From contig LGER01000002.1 in NCBI GenBank assembly GCA_001507915.1, positions 10,804-74,803 on the forward strand: a stretch of 64,000 bases of DNA, given 5' to 3'. The notes below the pieces were generated by a model, which saw nothing but the letters and a program-made list of their open reading frames with translations, made no database searches and was not told where the DNA came from. The stretch's first letter is position 1. Each line of letters starts with the position of its first letter. Shown piece after piece: positions 19,821-29,036 of the stretch. Made by a program: the position numbers and the translations under genes. Origin of the DNA: Desulfonauticus sp. 38_4375. GTDB taxonomy: Bacteria > Desulfobacterota > Desulfovibrionia > Desulfovibrionales > Desulfonatronovibrionaceae.

Positions 19821-21413
19821 ATGCCTGAAGAAAATAATGATTTTCTAGGAAATTATCCTGATAAATTCTTAAATAATCTTTTAGCTAAAGTAAAAGCAAA
19901 TCCCAATCATATCCCCATTATTCTGGGCTATTCTAAAATAATTGAAGAAAAATTATCATCTCTAGCAAATGATTTTTTATTTATTTTGCCCGGTAATCTT
20001 AAAGAAAATATTAACCTTAAAAACAGACATGTTATTCAGGATGAAAGGGAACAAAACATCATTAAAAAATTAACTTTCTGGCAAAAGGAACATTTACAGG
20101 GCAAGCCCTTTTTACCCATAACTATACCTTATTTCTGGAAAAAGTATTCCAGTTTTTATCAGCCTATTTTCAAAATATTAAATGCCAATTATAAATTTAA
20201 TTTTTGGGAAAAAGCAAAATATAGAAAATTTACTGCTGAACCAAAAATTTTATTAATAACCAGTAAGTATTTTTTAATTGGAGAAATAATTACTGCTTGT
20301 AAAAAATTAGATTATCAATACTATCTTTTGCATCTAGAAAATCAAGAAATAGGTTCCGAAGAGTTTATTAAGCTCTTGTTAAAAGCAATCTTAGAGTTTA
20401 AGCCAGATTTTATTTTAACTATAAATCATTTAGGAGTGGATAAAGAAGGCATTTTAATGGATCTTTTGGAAAAGCTGGAATTACCTTTAGCCTCCTGGTT
20501 TGTAGATAATCCTCATCTAATTCTTTACATGTATCACAAAGTAAAAAGCAATTATAGTGTTATTTTTACCTGGGATATAGACAATATTTCTCTTCTTAAG
20601 GAAAGAGGATTTTCTAGAGTTTATTATCTGCCTTTGGCTACAGATACAACTCGTTTTAATCCTAAAAATAATTTAAAGATAGTGAATAGACTATCTATCC
20701 CCATCTCTTTTGTTGGCAATTCCATGTATTACAAGGTAAAAGCCAGAGAAGAAAAGTTGCTATCATTTGAAACTATTCTTCAGCATTATAAGCAGGTAGC
20801 TTTTGAATTTAAAGATAGTGATTACTTGGTCGTGAGTGACTTTTTAAGAGACCATTATCCAGATTTATATCAATTATGGCTTGATTTACCTAGTATTGAA
20901 AGCAAATTGGATCTGGAAACCTTAATAACCTGGCAATCTACCCTGGAATATCGTTTGGAAAATATTAAAGAGATTTTAAGTTTTAGACCTGTAATTGTAG
21001 GAGATAGAGGCTGGTTTAAGTTATTAAAAGCAAATGACTTATGGAGCTATCATCAAGAACTAAATTATTATACAGAGCTTCCTTATTTTTATGGGCAGAG
21101 TAAGATTAATTTTAACGCTACCAGTGCTCAAATGAAGGGAGCTGTTAATCAAAGGGTTTTTGATGTGCCCGCTAGTGGAAACTTTTTACTTACAGATTAT
21201 AGGTATCAAATAGAACACTTATTTGAAGCTGGAAAGGAAGTAATTTATTATAAAGATAAGTCAGAAATAAAAGAACTAGTAAAATTTTATTTAAATAAAG
21301 ATAGTGAACGAAATAAAATTATAGAAAAAGCTAGAAAGAGAATTATTTCTGAACACACTTATGAAAATAGATTAAAAACTTTGTATTCTACAATGTCTAA
21401 ACTTTTTAATTAA
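19821..21413 (+). CDS. CgeB-family glycosyltransferase-like protein
   Basis: 530 aa. The C-terminus NQRVFDVPASGNFLLTD...EHTYENRLKTL resembles the Glyco_trans_1_2/CgeB domain. Confidence 0.6.
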   Translation: MPEENNDFLGNYPDKFLNNLLAKVKANPNHIPIILGYSKIIEEKLSSLANDFLFILPGNLKENINLKNRHVIQDEREQNIIKKLTFWQKEHLQGKPFLPITIPYFWKKYSSFYQPIFKILNANYKFNFWEKAKYRKFTAEPKILLITSKYFLIGEIITACKKLDYQYYLLHLENQEIGSEEFIKLLLKAILEFKPDFILTINHLGVDKEGILMDLLEKLELPLASWFVDNPHLILYMYHKVKSNYSVIFTWDIDNISLLKERGFSRVYYLPLATDTTRFNPKNNLKIVNRLSIPISFVGNSMYYKVKAREEKLLSFETILQHYKQVAFEFKDSDYLVVSDFLRDHYPDLYQLWLDLPSIESKLDLETLITWQSTLEYRLENIKEILSFRPVIVGDRGWFKLLKANDLWSYHQELNYYTELPYFYGQSKINFNATSAQMKGAVNQRVFDVPASGNFLLTDYRYQIEHLFEAGKEVIYYKDKSEIKELVKFYLNKDSERNKIIEKARKRIISEHTYENRLKTLYSTMSKLFN

Positions 21414-22754
21414 ATGAAGCCAATTCTTATTGTCCAATTACATAGAATAGGGGATATAGTTTTAACTTATCCCTTGTTTTTATGGTTAAAGCAAGTTTAT
21501 CCCCATAATCCCATTTTTATTTTAGGAGAAAAAGCTTTTTGGCAGGATTTAAAGGATGTGTTTTTAGGCGTAAGCTTTTTTTCCTGGGAAAATTTATCCT
21601 TTTTAACTAAACAAAAATTTTCTTTAATTATAAACTTAAGCCATAGAAAGGAAAGTGCTTTTTTAACGAGGGATTTACAAGCAGAAAAAAAAATAGGTTT
21701 AATTGCTACCAAGAATAATGAATTTTATGTCTTGGGTAAGTGGCAACTCTATAAAAACAGTTTGGTTCATAACAATAGGCACAATAGTTTTCATTGGGCT
21801 GAATTAAATAGTTTAGATGTTATTCCTTACTCCCTTCTAAAAAATACAAAATGGAAAAAATTACCTGCCACTTCTCCTAAAAAAATAGGACTTTTTTTAG
21901 GGGCAAGTAGTAAGGATAAGACTCCAGGAGCAAGTTTTTGGATAGAATTGACCCAAAAATTACTGTTTAAGGGCTATACTCCTTTTTTACTGGGGGGAGA
22001 AAAGGAAAAGGCTCTGGCTCAACAAATTGAGCAGGAGTGTTTACTACCCAGGCAGGCCAATCTTACAGCCAGGTTTGCCTTAAAAGAATTTAGTAAAAGT
22101 CTCAGTTATTTTGATTTGCTAATCACTCCTGATACAGGACCTATGCATATTGCTGTTTTTATGGGACAGAGGGTTTTAAATTTATCTTTAGGCAATGTTA
22201 GTGCCTGGGATACAGGTCCTTATTTGCCTGGAAATTTTGTTCTAAGACCTTTAATTAGTTGTTATCCCTGTTGGGAATGCAATAAAAACTTATCCTGTAA
22301 TCAAAAGGTTGAACCCAGGGATATACTTTCTTTTTTAGAGCATTATCCACTTTTAAATAAGCATATAGGTATAGTAAGTAGAAGAAGAGGGCTTTTTTAT
22401 CTTGAGCATAATTTGCCTTATTTATCTTTTAAGGAAGAATTTAGGAGTTTTTGGTTTTTTTATTTTGGATACTTGTTTGGTTTGTGGCCAGAAGATAGAG
22501 CTAAAAGGTGTTTAAATCATATTTTTATTTTAAGGAGTAGTTTGCGAAAAGTATGGATTCAAGAAATTGCAAAATTTTTAAAAATATTAAAAAAAGATAT
22601 TGATGAAGAATATTGGAAAAGGAGTGTTCCCTTTTTTAGAATATTTACTAGCTATGTTCTTTTAAATTTGCAAAATGTAAATTTTGCCCCAAAAGAGATT
22701 ATCAGGTCTATATCCAGGTTAGAAGAGATGCTGGATTGGGTAAAAAAAGCTTAA
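21414..22754 (+). CDS. glycosyltransferase family 9, paralog of 1089..2621, with C-terminal extension
   Basis: ILIVQLHRIGDIVLTYPL, PDTGPMHIA, AWDTGPYL and CYPCWEC...C. The aromatic motif SFWFFYFGYLFG is shared with SFFHFFYFNFLVN of the first paralog. Confidence 0.75.
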   Translation: MKPILIVQLHRIGDIVLTYPLFLWLKQVYPHNPIFILGEKAFWQDLKDVFLGVSFFSWENLSFLTKQKFSLIINLSHRKESAFLTRDLQAEKKIGLIATKNNEFYVLGKWQLYKNSLVHNNRHNSFHWAELNSLDVIPYSLLKNTKWKKLPATSPKKIGLFLGASSKDKTPGASFWIELTQKLLFKGYTPFLLGGEKEKALAQQIEQECLLPRQANLTARFALKEFSKSLSYFDLLITPDTGPMHIAVFMGQRVLNLSLGNVSAWDTGPYLPGNFVLRPLISCYPCWECNKNLSCNQKVEPRDILSFLEHYPLLNKHIGIVSRRRGLFYLEHNLPYLSFKEEFRSFWFFYFGYLFGLWPEDRAKRCLNHIFILRSSLRKVWIQEIAKFLKILKKDIDEEYWKRSVPFFRIFTSYVLLNLQNVNFAPKEIIRSISRLEEMLDWVKKA

Positions 22755-22755
22755 T

Positions 22756-23658
22756 TTAGGTTCGTAAAAAAGGTTTTCCTAAACCTTGAGGAAAGGAATA
22801 TTTGCTATTTTTTCTGTTTATTAAGATTAAAATAACCAGGGGAAGTAAAAATGGGAGCATTTTTAAAATATAGGCAGGAATGAGTTCTTTACCAATGGCC
22901 TGAAAATAAAATTGTAGGGCCATAAAAGCGCCGAATAAAAATGCCCCTACAAGTGCTCTTATTGGCTTTAAACAGGAGAAAATCACCATAGCAATGGCAA
23001 TCCAGCCTTGTCCTCCGGTCATGTTTTCTTTCCAGCCCGGGGTATAAGCAAGAGATAGATAGGCCCCACCCAGGCCTGTTAACATTCCTCCCAGAATAGT
23101 GGCTAGATAGCGATATTTATAGACATTTAAGCCTACACTGGAAGCTACCTGAGGGTTTTCTCCCACACTGCTTAGATTTAGTCCAAGGGTAGTCTTTTTT
23201 AAAATAAAGTGAATTAGATAAGTTAAAATAAAAGCTAGAATTACCAATACATTTAATTGCCTGAGCAAAATATTAAGGTAGTAGCTTTTTAGACTAAAGG
23301 AAGCCAGGGATAGGGTTTGGAGGCCAATAAAACTTCTTCCTAAAAAATTAGCCAGTCCTGTTCCTAAAATAGTAAGAGCCAGTCCACTTAAGATTTGATC
23401 ACTTCCCAGATGAATACAGAAAAAAGCATGTATACAGGCAAGTAAGCCACCTGCAAGCATTGCTCCCATAAAACCTAGAATTAAAGACTGGGTGTACCAG
23501 GTACAAATAAATCCTATAAAAGCAGAAAATAACATTATTCCTTCTAAGCCCAAATTTAAAATCCCACTTTTTTCTGTAATAATTTCGCCCAGAGAGGCCA
23601 GCAATACTGCTACACTGGATTGTAAAGTAATACCTAAAATAAATAAAAAATCTTCCAT
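22756..23658 (-). CDS. ABC transporter permease (BMP/nucleoside type)
   Basis: 300 aa, polytopic, contiguous with the other importer genes. Confidence 0.75.
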   Translation of the reverse strand: MEDFLFILGITLQSSVAVLLASLGEIITEKSGILNLGLEGIMLFSAFIGFICTWYTQSLILGFMGAMLAGGLLACIHAFFCIHLGSDQILSGLALTILGTGLANFLGRSFIGLQTLSLASFSLKSYYLNILLRQLNVLVILAFILTYLIHFILKKTTLGLNLSSVGENPQVASSVGLNVYKYRYLATILGGMLTGLGGAYLSLAYTPGWKENMTGGQGWIAIAMVIFSCLKPIRALVGAFLFGAFMALQFYFQAIGKELIPAYILKMLPFLLPLVILILINRKNSKYSFPQGLGKPFLRT

Positions 23659-23659
23659 C

Positions 23660-24724
23660 TTAATTTTTTACAGTTTTAACTCTGGTTAATTTAAATTCAC
23701 TAAAAGTTTTAGCCATTAGAAAAGCCAGAAGAATAAATCCTTCTAAAACCTGGGTAAAGGAAGCTGAAAGGTGAAATACACTCTGTACTTCTTCTGCTCC
23801 TACCTTTAAAATACTTAAAAATATACTTACTAAGGGAAGTAAGAGGGGATTTTTTTGCGCTAAAAAAGCTGCAATAATCCCGTCATAGCCATAGCCTATG
23901 GCTAAACCCTGTTGTAATCTTCGGTGTATTCCCAGGACCTCTTCTCCTCCTGCCAGGCCAGCCATAGCTCCGCTTAAAAGAAACATTGCGAGCAGGAGTT
24001 TTTTTTGTTTGAAATGGGCATATTGGGCAGCTTTAGGATTTTCACCAATTACCTTTATTTTATATCCTGTGGGTGTCTTTTTTAAAAAGAAATAAAATAA
24101 CAGGATTAAAGCTAAAACTATAAACAAGGCTATAGAAATTCTGGTATGCCAGAGTCGTGGCAGCCACACACTTTGGGGGAAAATAGCAGTGCCAGGAAAT
24201 CCAAATCCCATAGGATCTCTTAAAGGTCCAAAGTAAAGATGCTCCATCAAGATAATGGCTACATAGTTTAAAAGTAAAGAGGAGATAATTTCATTTATCT
24301 TCCATTTTAGCTTTAAGATTATAGGGAAAAAAGACCAAAGAGCTCCACCTACAAGACTAAAAAACAGGGCAAAAAACAGGTGAGTAGAAGACGGAAAATA
24401 TTTAGTAAAATAAAGGGAAAAGATACTGCTAAATATGGCTCCCAGGACCAATTGTCCTTCTACTCCTATATTCCAAAGACCTATTCTTATGGCTATAAGT
24501 ACAGAAAATCCAGTTAAAATTAAAGGGGTTGACTTTACTATTACTTCTGAAAAGGAATAAAAGTCATAAAAGGGAGTAAAAAAGATTGTCTTATATATTA
24601 AAAGAGGGTTTTTTTTTAGAAAAAAGAGTATTAAGGCAAAGATTAAAAAGGAAGATAAAACTAAGAAGAAAAATATTGATATCTTTTTAGTTAAAGATAT
24701 GTTTCTGGGTCGTAAAATCAGCAA
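23660..24724 (-). CDS. ABC transporter permease (BMP/nucleoside type)
   Basis: 354 aa, polytopic, 1-nt gap to the next permease. Confidence 0.75.
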   Translation of the reverse strand: MLILRPRNISLTKKISIFFFLVLSSFLIFALILFFLKKNPLLIYKTIFFTPFYDFYSFSEVIVKSTPLILTGFSVLIAIRIGLWNIGVEGQLVLGAIFSSIFSLYFTKYFPSSTHLFFALFFSLVGGALWSFFPIILKLKWKINEIISSLLLNYVAIILMEHLYFGPLRDPMGFGFPGTAIFPQSVWLPRLWHTRISIALFIVLALILLFYFFLKKTPTGYKIKVIGENPKAAQYAHFKQKKLLLAMFLLSGAMAGLAGGEEVLGIHRRLQQGLAIGYGYDGIIAAFLAQKNPLLLPLVSIFLSILKVGAEEVQSVFHLSASFTQVLEGFILLAFLMAKTFSEFKLTRVKTVKN

Positions 24725-24726
24725 TT

Positions 24727-26223
24727 TTATATAGCTCCTGTTAGATATAACCCTATTTTACTTATTTCTTCCCTGTTCTGAGAAGAGAAGAGTTTTTTTA
24801 TTTCTCCCTGGAAAATAATAGCAATTTTGTCAGCTAAGCTTAGAGCTTCTTTTATATCCCCTGTAATTAACAGAATAGCTGCCTTTTTTCTGGCAGCTAA
24901 AAGTCTATGCCAGACCTCTTCTGTGGCCTGGATATCTAAACCCTGAGTGGGTTGTTCGGCAATAATTAATTGGGGATTTTTGTCTAATTCTCTGGCCAGA
25001 ATAAATTTTTGCAGGTTGCCACCAGAAAGGTGACGGGCCAGAGTTTTATTGCCCTTGGGGGCTTTGACATGGAAATTACTTAACAGGATTTTAGTCTTTT
25101 CTTTTATTTTATCCCAGAAAATAAACCATTTGGAAGAAAATTGAAATAATCTGGTAAGGATAAGATTGTGTTCTAAGTCTAATTCACTTACACTGCCTAA
25201 ATTGTGCCTGTCTTCCGGAATGTAGCTTACAGAAGAGGGAAAATTTTTTGTCCAGGTATGGCCAGTATAGGTTTGGTTTTGAAAATAGAGGCGTCCTTCA
25301 AAATCTTCTATGCCTCCTAAAACTCTGGCCAGATTTTCTTGTCCATTTCCAGAAACCCCCAAAATAGCTACTATTTCTCCTTTTTTAATTTCCAGGTTGA
25401 TGTTTTTTAACTTTTTTTGTTTTTCTTTAGTACAACTTATGTTTTCTAGTTTTAAAATAGTTTCTTGAGGTTGTATTTCTTCTTTATCAACCTTAAATAC
25501 AATATCTCTTCCCACCATAAGCCTGGCCAGCTCTTTTTTACTTCTTATTTCCTGAGGTAAAAAAGTAGCTATAAGGCGACCTTTTCTTAATATACTTATT
25601 CTGTCAGCAAGTTTAAATACTTCTTCTAATTTATGAGTAATAAAAATAATGGTATGTTTTCTCTTTTTTAAAAACAAAAGAATCTCAAAAAAGGAATCTA
25701 TTTCTTGGGGAGTTAAAATAGAAGTTGGCTCATCAAATATTAATATTTTGGCCTGTTTATAGAGTAATTTTAAAATTTCAACCTTTTGTTTTTCTCCTTC
25801 ACTCAAATTTATTACTTTTTTATGTAAATCTACCTCTAATTTACTTTCTTTACTTATTTTTTGGATTTTATTTAAGATTTCCTCTTTAGGTATAGTAAAT
25901 TTAGAAATAGTGCCTAAAGCAATATTTTCCCATACGCTTAGGTTGTCAATGAGCATAAATTTTTGATGAACCATGCCAATGCCATAATCCTGGGCAATTT
26001 TGGGGTTTCTAAAAAAAACTTCTTTACCCTTTAGATAAATTTTTCCCTTGTCTGGTAAATAATTCCCAGAGATTATGGACATAAGGGTGGATTTTCCAGC
26101 TCCATTTTCTCCCAAAAGGGCATGGATTTCTCCTGGGAAAATATCCAGATTTATATTTTCATTTGCCCAAAAATCACCAAAAGATTTACCAATGTTTGAC
26201 AAACGCAAAATAGGTTCTTGCAT
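24727..26223 (-). CDS. ABC transporter ATP-binding protein, duplicated ATPase
   Basis: 498 aa. Walker A GENGAGKST and GVSGNGQ. Signatures LSEGEKQ and LSGGNLQ. Confidence 0.85.
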   Translation of the reverse strand: MQEPILRLSNIGKSFGDFWANENINLDIFPGEIHALLGENGAGKSTLMSIISGNYLPDKGKIYLKGKEVFFRNPKIAQDYGIGMVHQKFMLIDNLSVWENIALGTISKFTIPKEEILNKIQKISKESKLEVDLHKKVINLSEGEKQKVEILKLLYKQAKILIFDEPTSILTPQEIDSFFEILLFLKKRKHTIIFITHKLEEVFKLADRISILRKGRLIATFLPQEIRSKKELARLMVGRDIVFKVDKEEIQPQETILKLENISCTKEKQKKLKNINLEIKKGEIVAILGVSGNGQENLARVLGGIEDFEGRLYFQNQTYTGHTWTKNFPSSVSYIPEDRHNLGSVSELDLEHNLILTRLFQFSSKWFIFWDKIKEKTKILLSNFHVKAPKGNKTLARHLSGGNLQKFILARELDKNPQLIIAEQPTQGLDIQATEEVWHRLLAARKKAAILLITGDIKEALSLADKIAIIFQGEIKKLFSSQNREEISKIGLYLTGAI

Positions 26224-26225
26224 AT

Positions 26226-26870
26226 TTATAAAACTTGAGGGTTAGGTAAGGAAGCAAGGTAATTGACAGGAAAGTCAAAATTAAATTTAGTATCTCCTTC
26301 TTTGGCTACAAAATACCCAGCCACTATGGATAGAGGAGGAGATAGTTTAAAAAAATTATTTACCTCTTCAATGAGGTCTTTTAAGGCATAAAGGGTACTT
26401 CCAGTACTTACCACATCATCTAAGATGATAACTTTCTTGTGTTTTTTTAAAAAATTTAAATCCCTTTCATAAAGGGCTAAAAACTTTTCTCCACTGGTAA
26501 TAGAGCTGGAGCCCAATTGAATAACAGGCCTGGTCTTTGGTTCCATATGTGGTTTTACACGATTGTAAGCAATGGCTATGACTTCCAGGCCCAGTTCATT
26601 GGCCACTACCTGAGCAAGTTGTAGAGATTTTTCCACAGGAGTAAGTAGAGCAATGTCTTTTAAATCAGGGAAGTCTATTTTGATTTGCTGGGCCAGAAGT
26701 CTTCCCAGGTCCTGGTTTACCTTAGTTTGTCCCAGGAGATTTAAAGATACAATTTTTAACCTGGGTGACCCCTCTAAAACTACCCAGGGAAGTTCTAGGG
26801 AATAATCTAACCCTTTTATAGTTAAGGAATATTTTTCTCCCAGTTCAAAGTTATTTAAAGAATAACTCAT
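26226..26870 (-). CDS. phosphoribosyltransferase (purine/adenine PRTase-like)
   Basis: 214 aa. PRPP-binding loop VIILDDVVSTGSTL. Confidence 0.7.
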   Translation of the reverse strand: MSYSLNNFELGEKYSLTIKGLDYSLELPWVVLEGSPRLKIVSLNLLGQTKVNQDLGRLLAQQIKIDFPDLKDIALLTPVEKSLQLAQVVANELGLEVIAIAYNRVKPHMEPKTRPVIQLGSSSITSGEKFLALYERDLNFLKKHKKVIILDDVVSTGSTLYALKDLIEEVNNFFKLSPPLSIVAGYFVAKEGDTKFNFDFPVNYLASLPNPQVL

Positions 26871-26913
26871 CTTTTAGACCCTTAAATAAGGGGGAAAATT
26901 TCCCCCTTTATCT

Positions 26914-28011
26914 CTAATCAGGAATGGTGCCCTGTACGCCCTTAACCAGCCAGCGCATGGTTAACAGGTCGTGATCAGTAAGTTTTTCTCCTGGTTTTAC
27001 CTTTAAGTTGCCTTTTTGATCATAAATAGGACCTACAAAGACTTCATCTTGTCCTTGTTTGAATTTTTCCAGCAGGGCTAGAACCTTGTTTTGAACTTCT
27101 TTAGGTACAGAAGGGTGAAAAGGACTTAAAGTTAGCATATTTTCTTCAAACCCAGCCCAGTAAGCTTCTGGTTTCCAGGTACCTGCCTGAACTTCCTTTA
27201 CAACTTTTACGAAATAAGGCCCCCAGTTCCAGATAGTAGAAAGCAAAACACATTTTGCTCCATATTGAGCAGCATCTGTTCCATAGCCAATGGCCGGAAC
27301 TCCCTTTTTACAAGCAGCCAGGCTACTATCAGGAGTATCAGCCATCTGTCTAATTAAATCATGGCCTCTAGAAATAAGGGTTTCAGCCAGGGTAGTTTCA
27401 TTGATAGGGTCTCTCCAGGCTTTGAGCCAGACTACTGTGTTTACCTTTTCTGGATTATACTTGTGTCCGCCTTCCTTTAATCCTTTAAGCAAGCCTAAGG
27501 TAAAGGCATTGATGCCCCGAATGGGCTCTGGAATAGGATTGGTGGCCACAGTTCCCACATTTTTAAAGCCCATAAGTCCAGCCATATAGCCAGCTAGATA
27601 TTCTGCCTGATACATCCTGGCAAAATAGTTGCCCATATTGGCTGCAGTCTTATAGCCAGAACAGTGTTCAAAAACCTGGTCAGGAAAGTCTTGGGCCACC
27701 ATGAGCATGGGATCCATATGTTCAAAAGTGGTACCAAAGATAATATCATAACCTTTGCGAGCATAGTTGCGAAATACCCTTTCTGCATCAGCAGCCAACA
27801 CCTTTTCAGTATAACTGACTTCTACTTCATCTCCCATTTTTTCTTGCAGGTATTTAATTCCATTGTAGGCAGCAGTGGTCCAGCCCATATCGTCAATGGT
27901 CCAGAGCAAAGCAAAGGCTACCTTTACTTTTTTCTTTTGGGCCCAGGCAGGAGCGCTTACTAAAAAGACCAACAGAAAAATGCTTAGAGCCAGAATGCTT
28001 GTTTTTTTCAT
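26914..28011 (-). CDS. BMP-family (PnrA/Med-like) ABC substrate-binding protein
   Basis: 365 aa. Signal peptide MKKTSILALSIFLLVFLVSAPAWA. First gene of the importer operon. Confidence 0.75.
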   Translation of the reverse strand: MKKTSILALSIFLLVFLVSAPAWAQKKKVKVAFALLWTIDDMGWTTAAYNGIKYLQEKMGDEVEVSYTEKVLAADAERVFRNYARKGYDIIFGTTFEHMDPMLMVAQDFPDQVFEHCSGYKTAANMGNYFARMYQAEYLAGYMAGLMGFKNVGTVATNPIPEPIRGINAFTLGLLKGLKEGGHKYNPEKVNTVVWLKAWRDPINETTLAETLISRGHDLIRQMADTPDSSLAACKKGVPAIGYGTDAAQYGAKCVLLSTIWNWGPYFVKVVKEVQAGTWKPEAYWAGFEENMLTLSPFHPSVPKEVQNKVLALLEKFKQGQDEVFVGPIYDQKGNLKVKPGEKLTDHDLLTMRWLVKGVQGTIPD

Positions 28012-28034
28012 GTTAAAGACTCCTTTTAGGTTTG

Positions 28035-29024
28035 CTAGTCATACTTAATGGGACTTATTTTCATTAATTTTTCCCAATTGTGTTCAGCTTCTATCCTTCT
28101 TATGGTGCCAGTCTTTCCTCTAATAACTAAGGAATGGGTAATGGCTCCTTTGCCAGTATATTTTACTCCTCTTAAAAAGGTCCCTCCAGAAATACCTGTG
28201 GCAGCAAAAAAGACATCATCACTTTTAATCAGGTCATCAACAGTAAAGATGCGTTTTAAATCATATCCACCTTCAGCCAGGGCCTTTTTTTCTTCTTCTT
28301 TTTGAGGGTCAAGACGGCAAAGCATTTCTCCACCCAGGGCCTTGATAGCACAGGCAGAAAGAACCCCTTCTGGAGTTCCTCCTGTACCCATCATCACATC
28401 CACTTCAGAAGTTGGGTCTACTGCCATAAGAGAGCCAGCCACATCTCCATCCGTATGGAGTTGAATCCTGGCTCCTGCCTTTCTAATTTCTTCGATAAGT
28501 TGCGCATGTCTTGGTTTGTCCAAGACAAAAACCACTAAATCGTCTACATCCTTGCCTAAAGCCCTGGCGATTTTTTTTAAATTGTCAGCTACAGGAGCAT
28601 CCAGGTCAATTACTTCTTTGGCTTCTTCAGGCACTACTAATTTTTGCATATAATAGCTGGGGCCTGGATCATACATGCTACCCTGAGGGGCAAGACCTAC
28701 CACAGAAATGGCATTGGGTCTGCCCAGGGCCAAAAGATTGGTCCCTTCTACCGGGTCTACGGCCACATCCACTTTGGGGCCTTTGCCTGTGCCCACCTTT
28801 TCGCCATTATAGAGCATGGGAGCTTTGTCTTTTTCTCCCTCTCCAATGATAATGGTTCCATCTATATCCAGGCTATTAAAGGAAAAGCGCATGGCATCCA
28901 CTGCAGCTTTGTCCCCAGCCTTTCTTTGTCCTTTACCCAGCCAGCGACCAGAAGCCATAGCTGCTGCTTCTGTAACTCGCACCAGGTCTAAAGCCAAATT
29001 GCGATTGGCCTGCTCCATAGCCAC
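28035..29024 (-). CDS. glpX: class II fructose-1,6-bisphosphatase (GlpX type)
   Basis: 329 aa. LDIDGTIIIGEGEKDKAPML, VDPVEGTN and GTGGTPEGV. Confidence 0.9.
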   Translation of the reverse strand: MAMEQANRNLALDLVRVTEAAAMASGRWLGKGQRKAGDKAAVDAMRFSFNSLDIDGTIIIGEGEKDKAPMLYNGEKVGTGKGPKVDVAVDPVEGTNLLALGRPNAISVVGLAPQGSMYDPGPSYYMQKLVVPEEAKEVIDLDAPVADNLKKIARALGKDVDDLVVFVLDKPRHAQLIEEIRKAGARIQLHTDGDVAGSLMAVDPTSEVDVMMGTGGTPEGVLSACAIKALGGEMLCRLDPQKEEEKKALAEGGYDLKRIFTVDDLIKSDDVFFAATGISGGTFLRGVKYTGKGAITHSLVIRGKTGTIRRIEAEHNWEKLMKISPIKYD

Positions 29025-29036
29025 CTCCCCTTCAAA

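Noticed and set aside
22770-22787. 7-bp stem / 4-nt loop hairpin (AAGGTTT-TCCT-AAACCTT) at the convergent GT9/permease junction
   Set aside because: No T tract follows it on the plus strand. On the minus strand it lies inside the last codons of the permease gene, so it is not a credible terminator for either gene.
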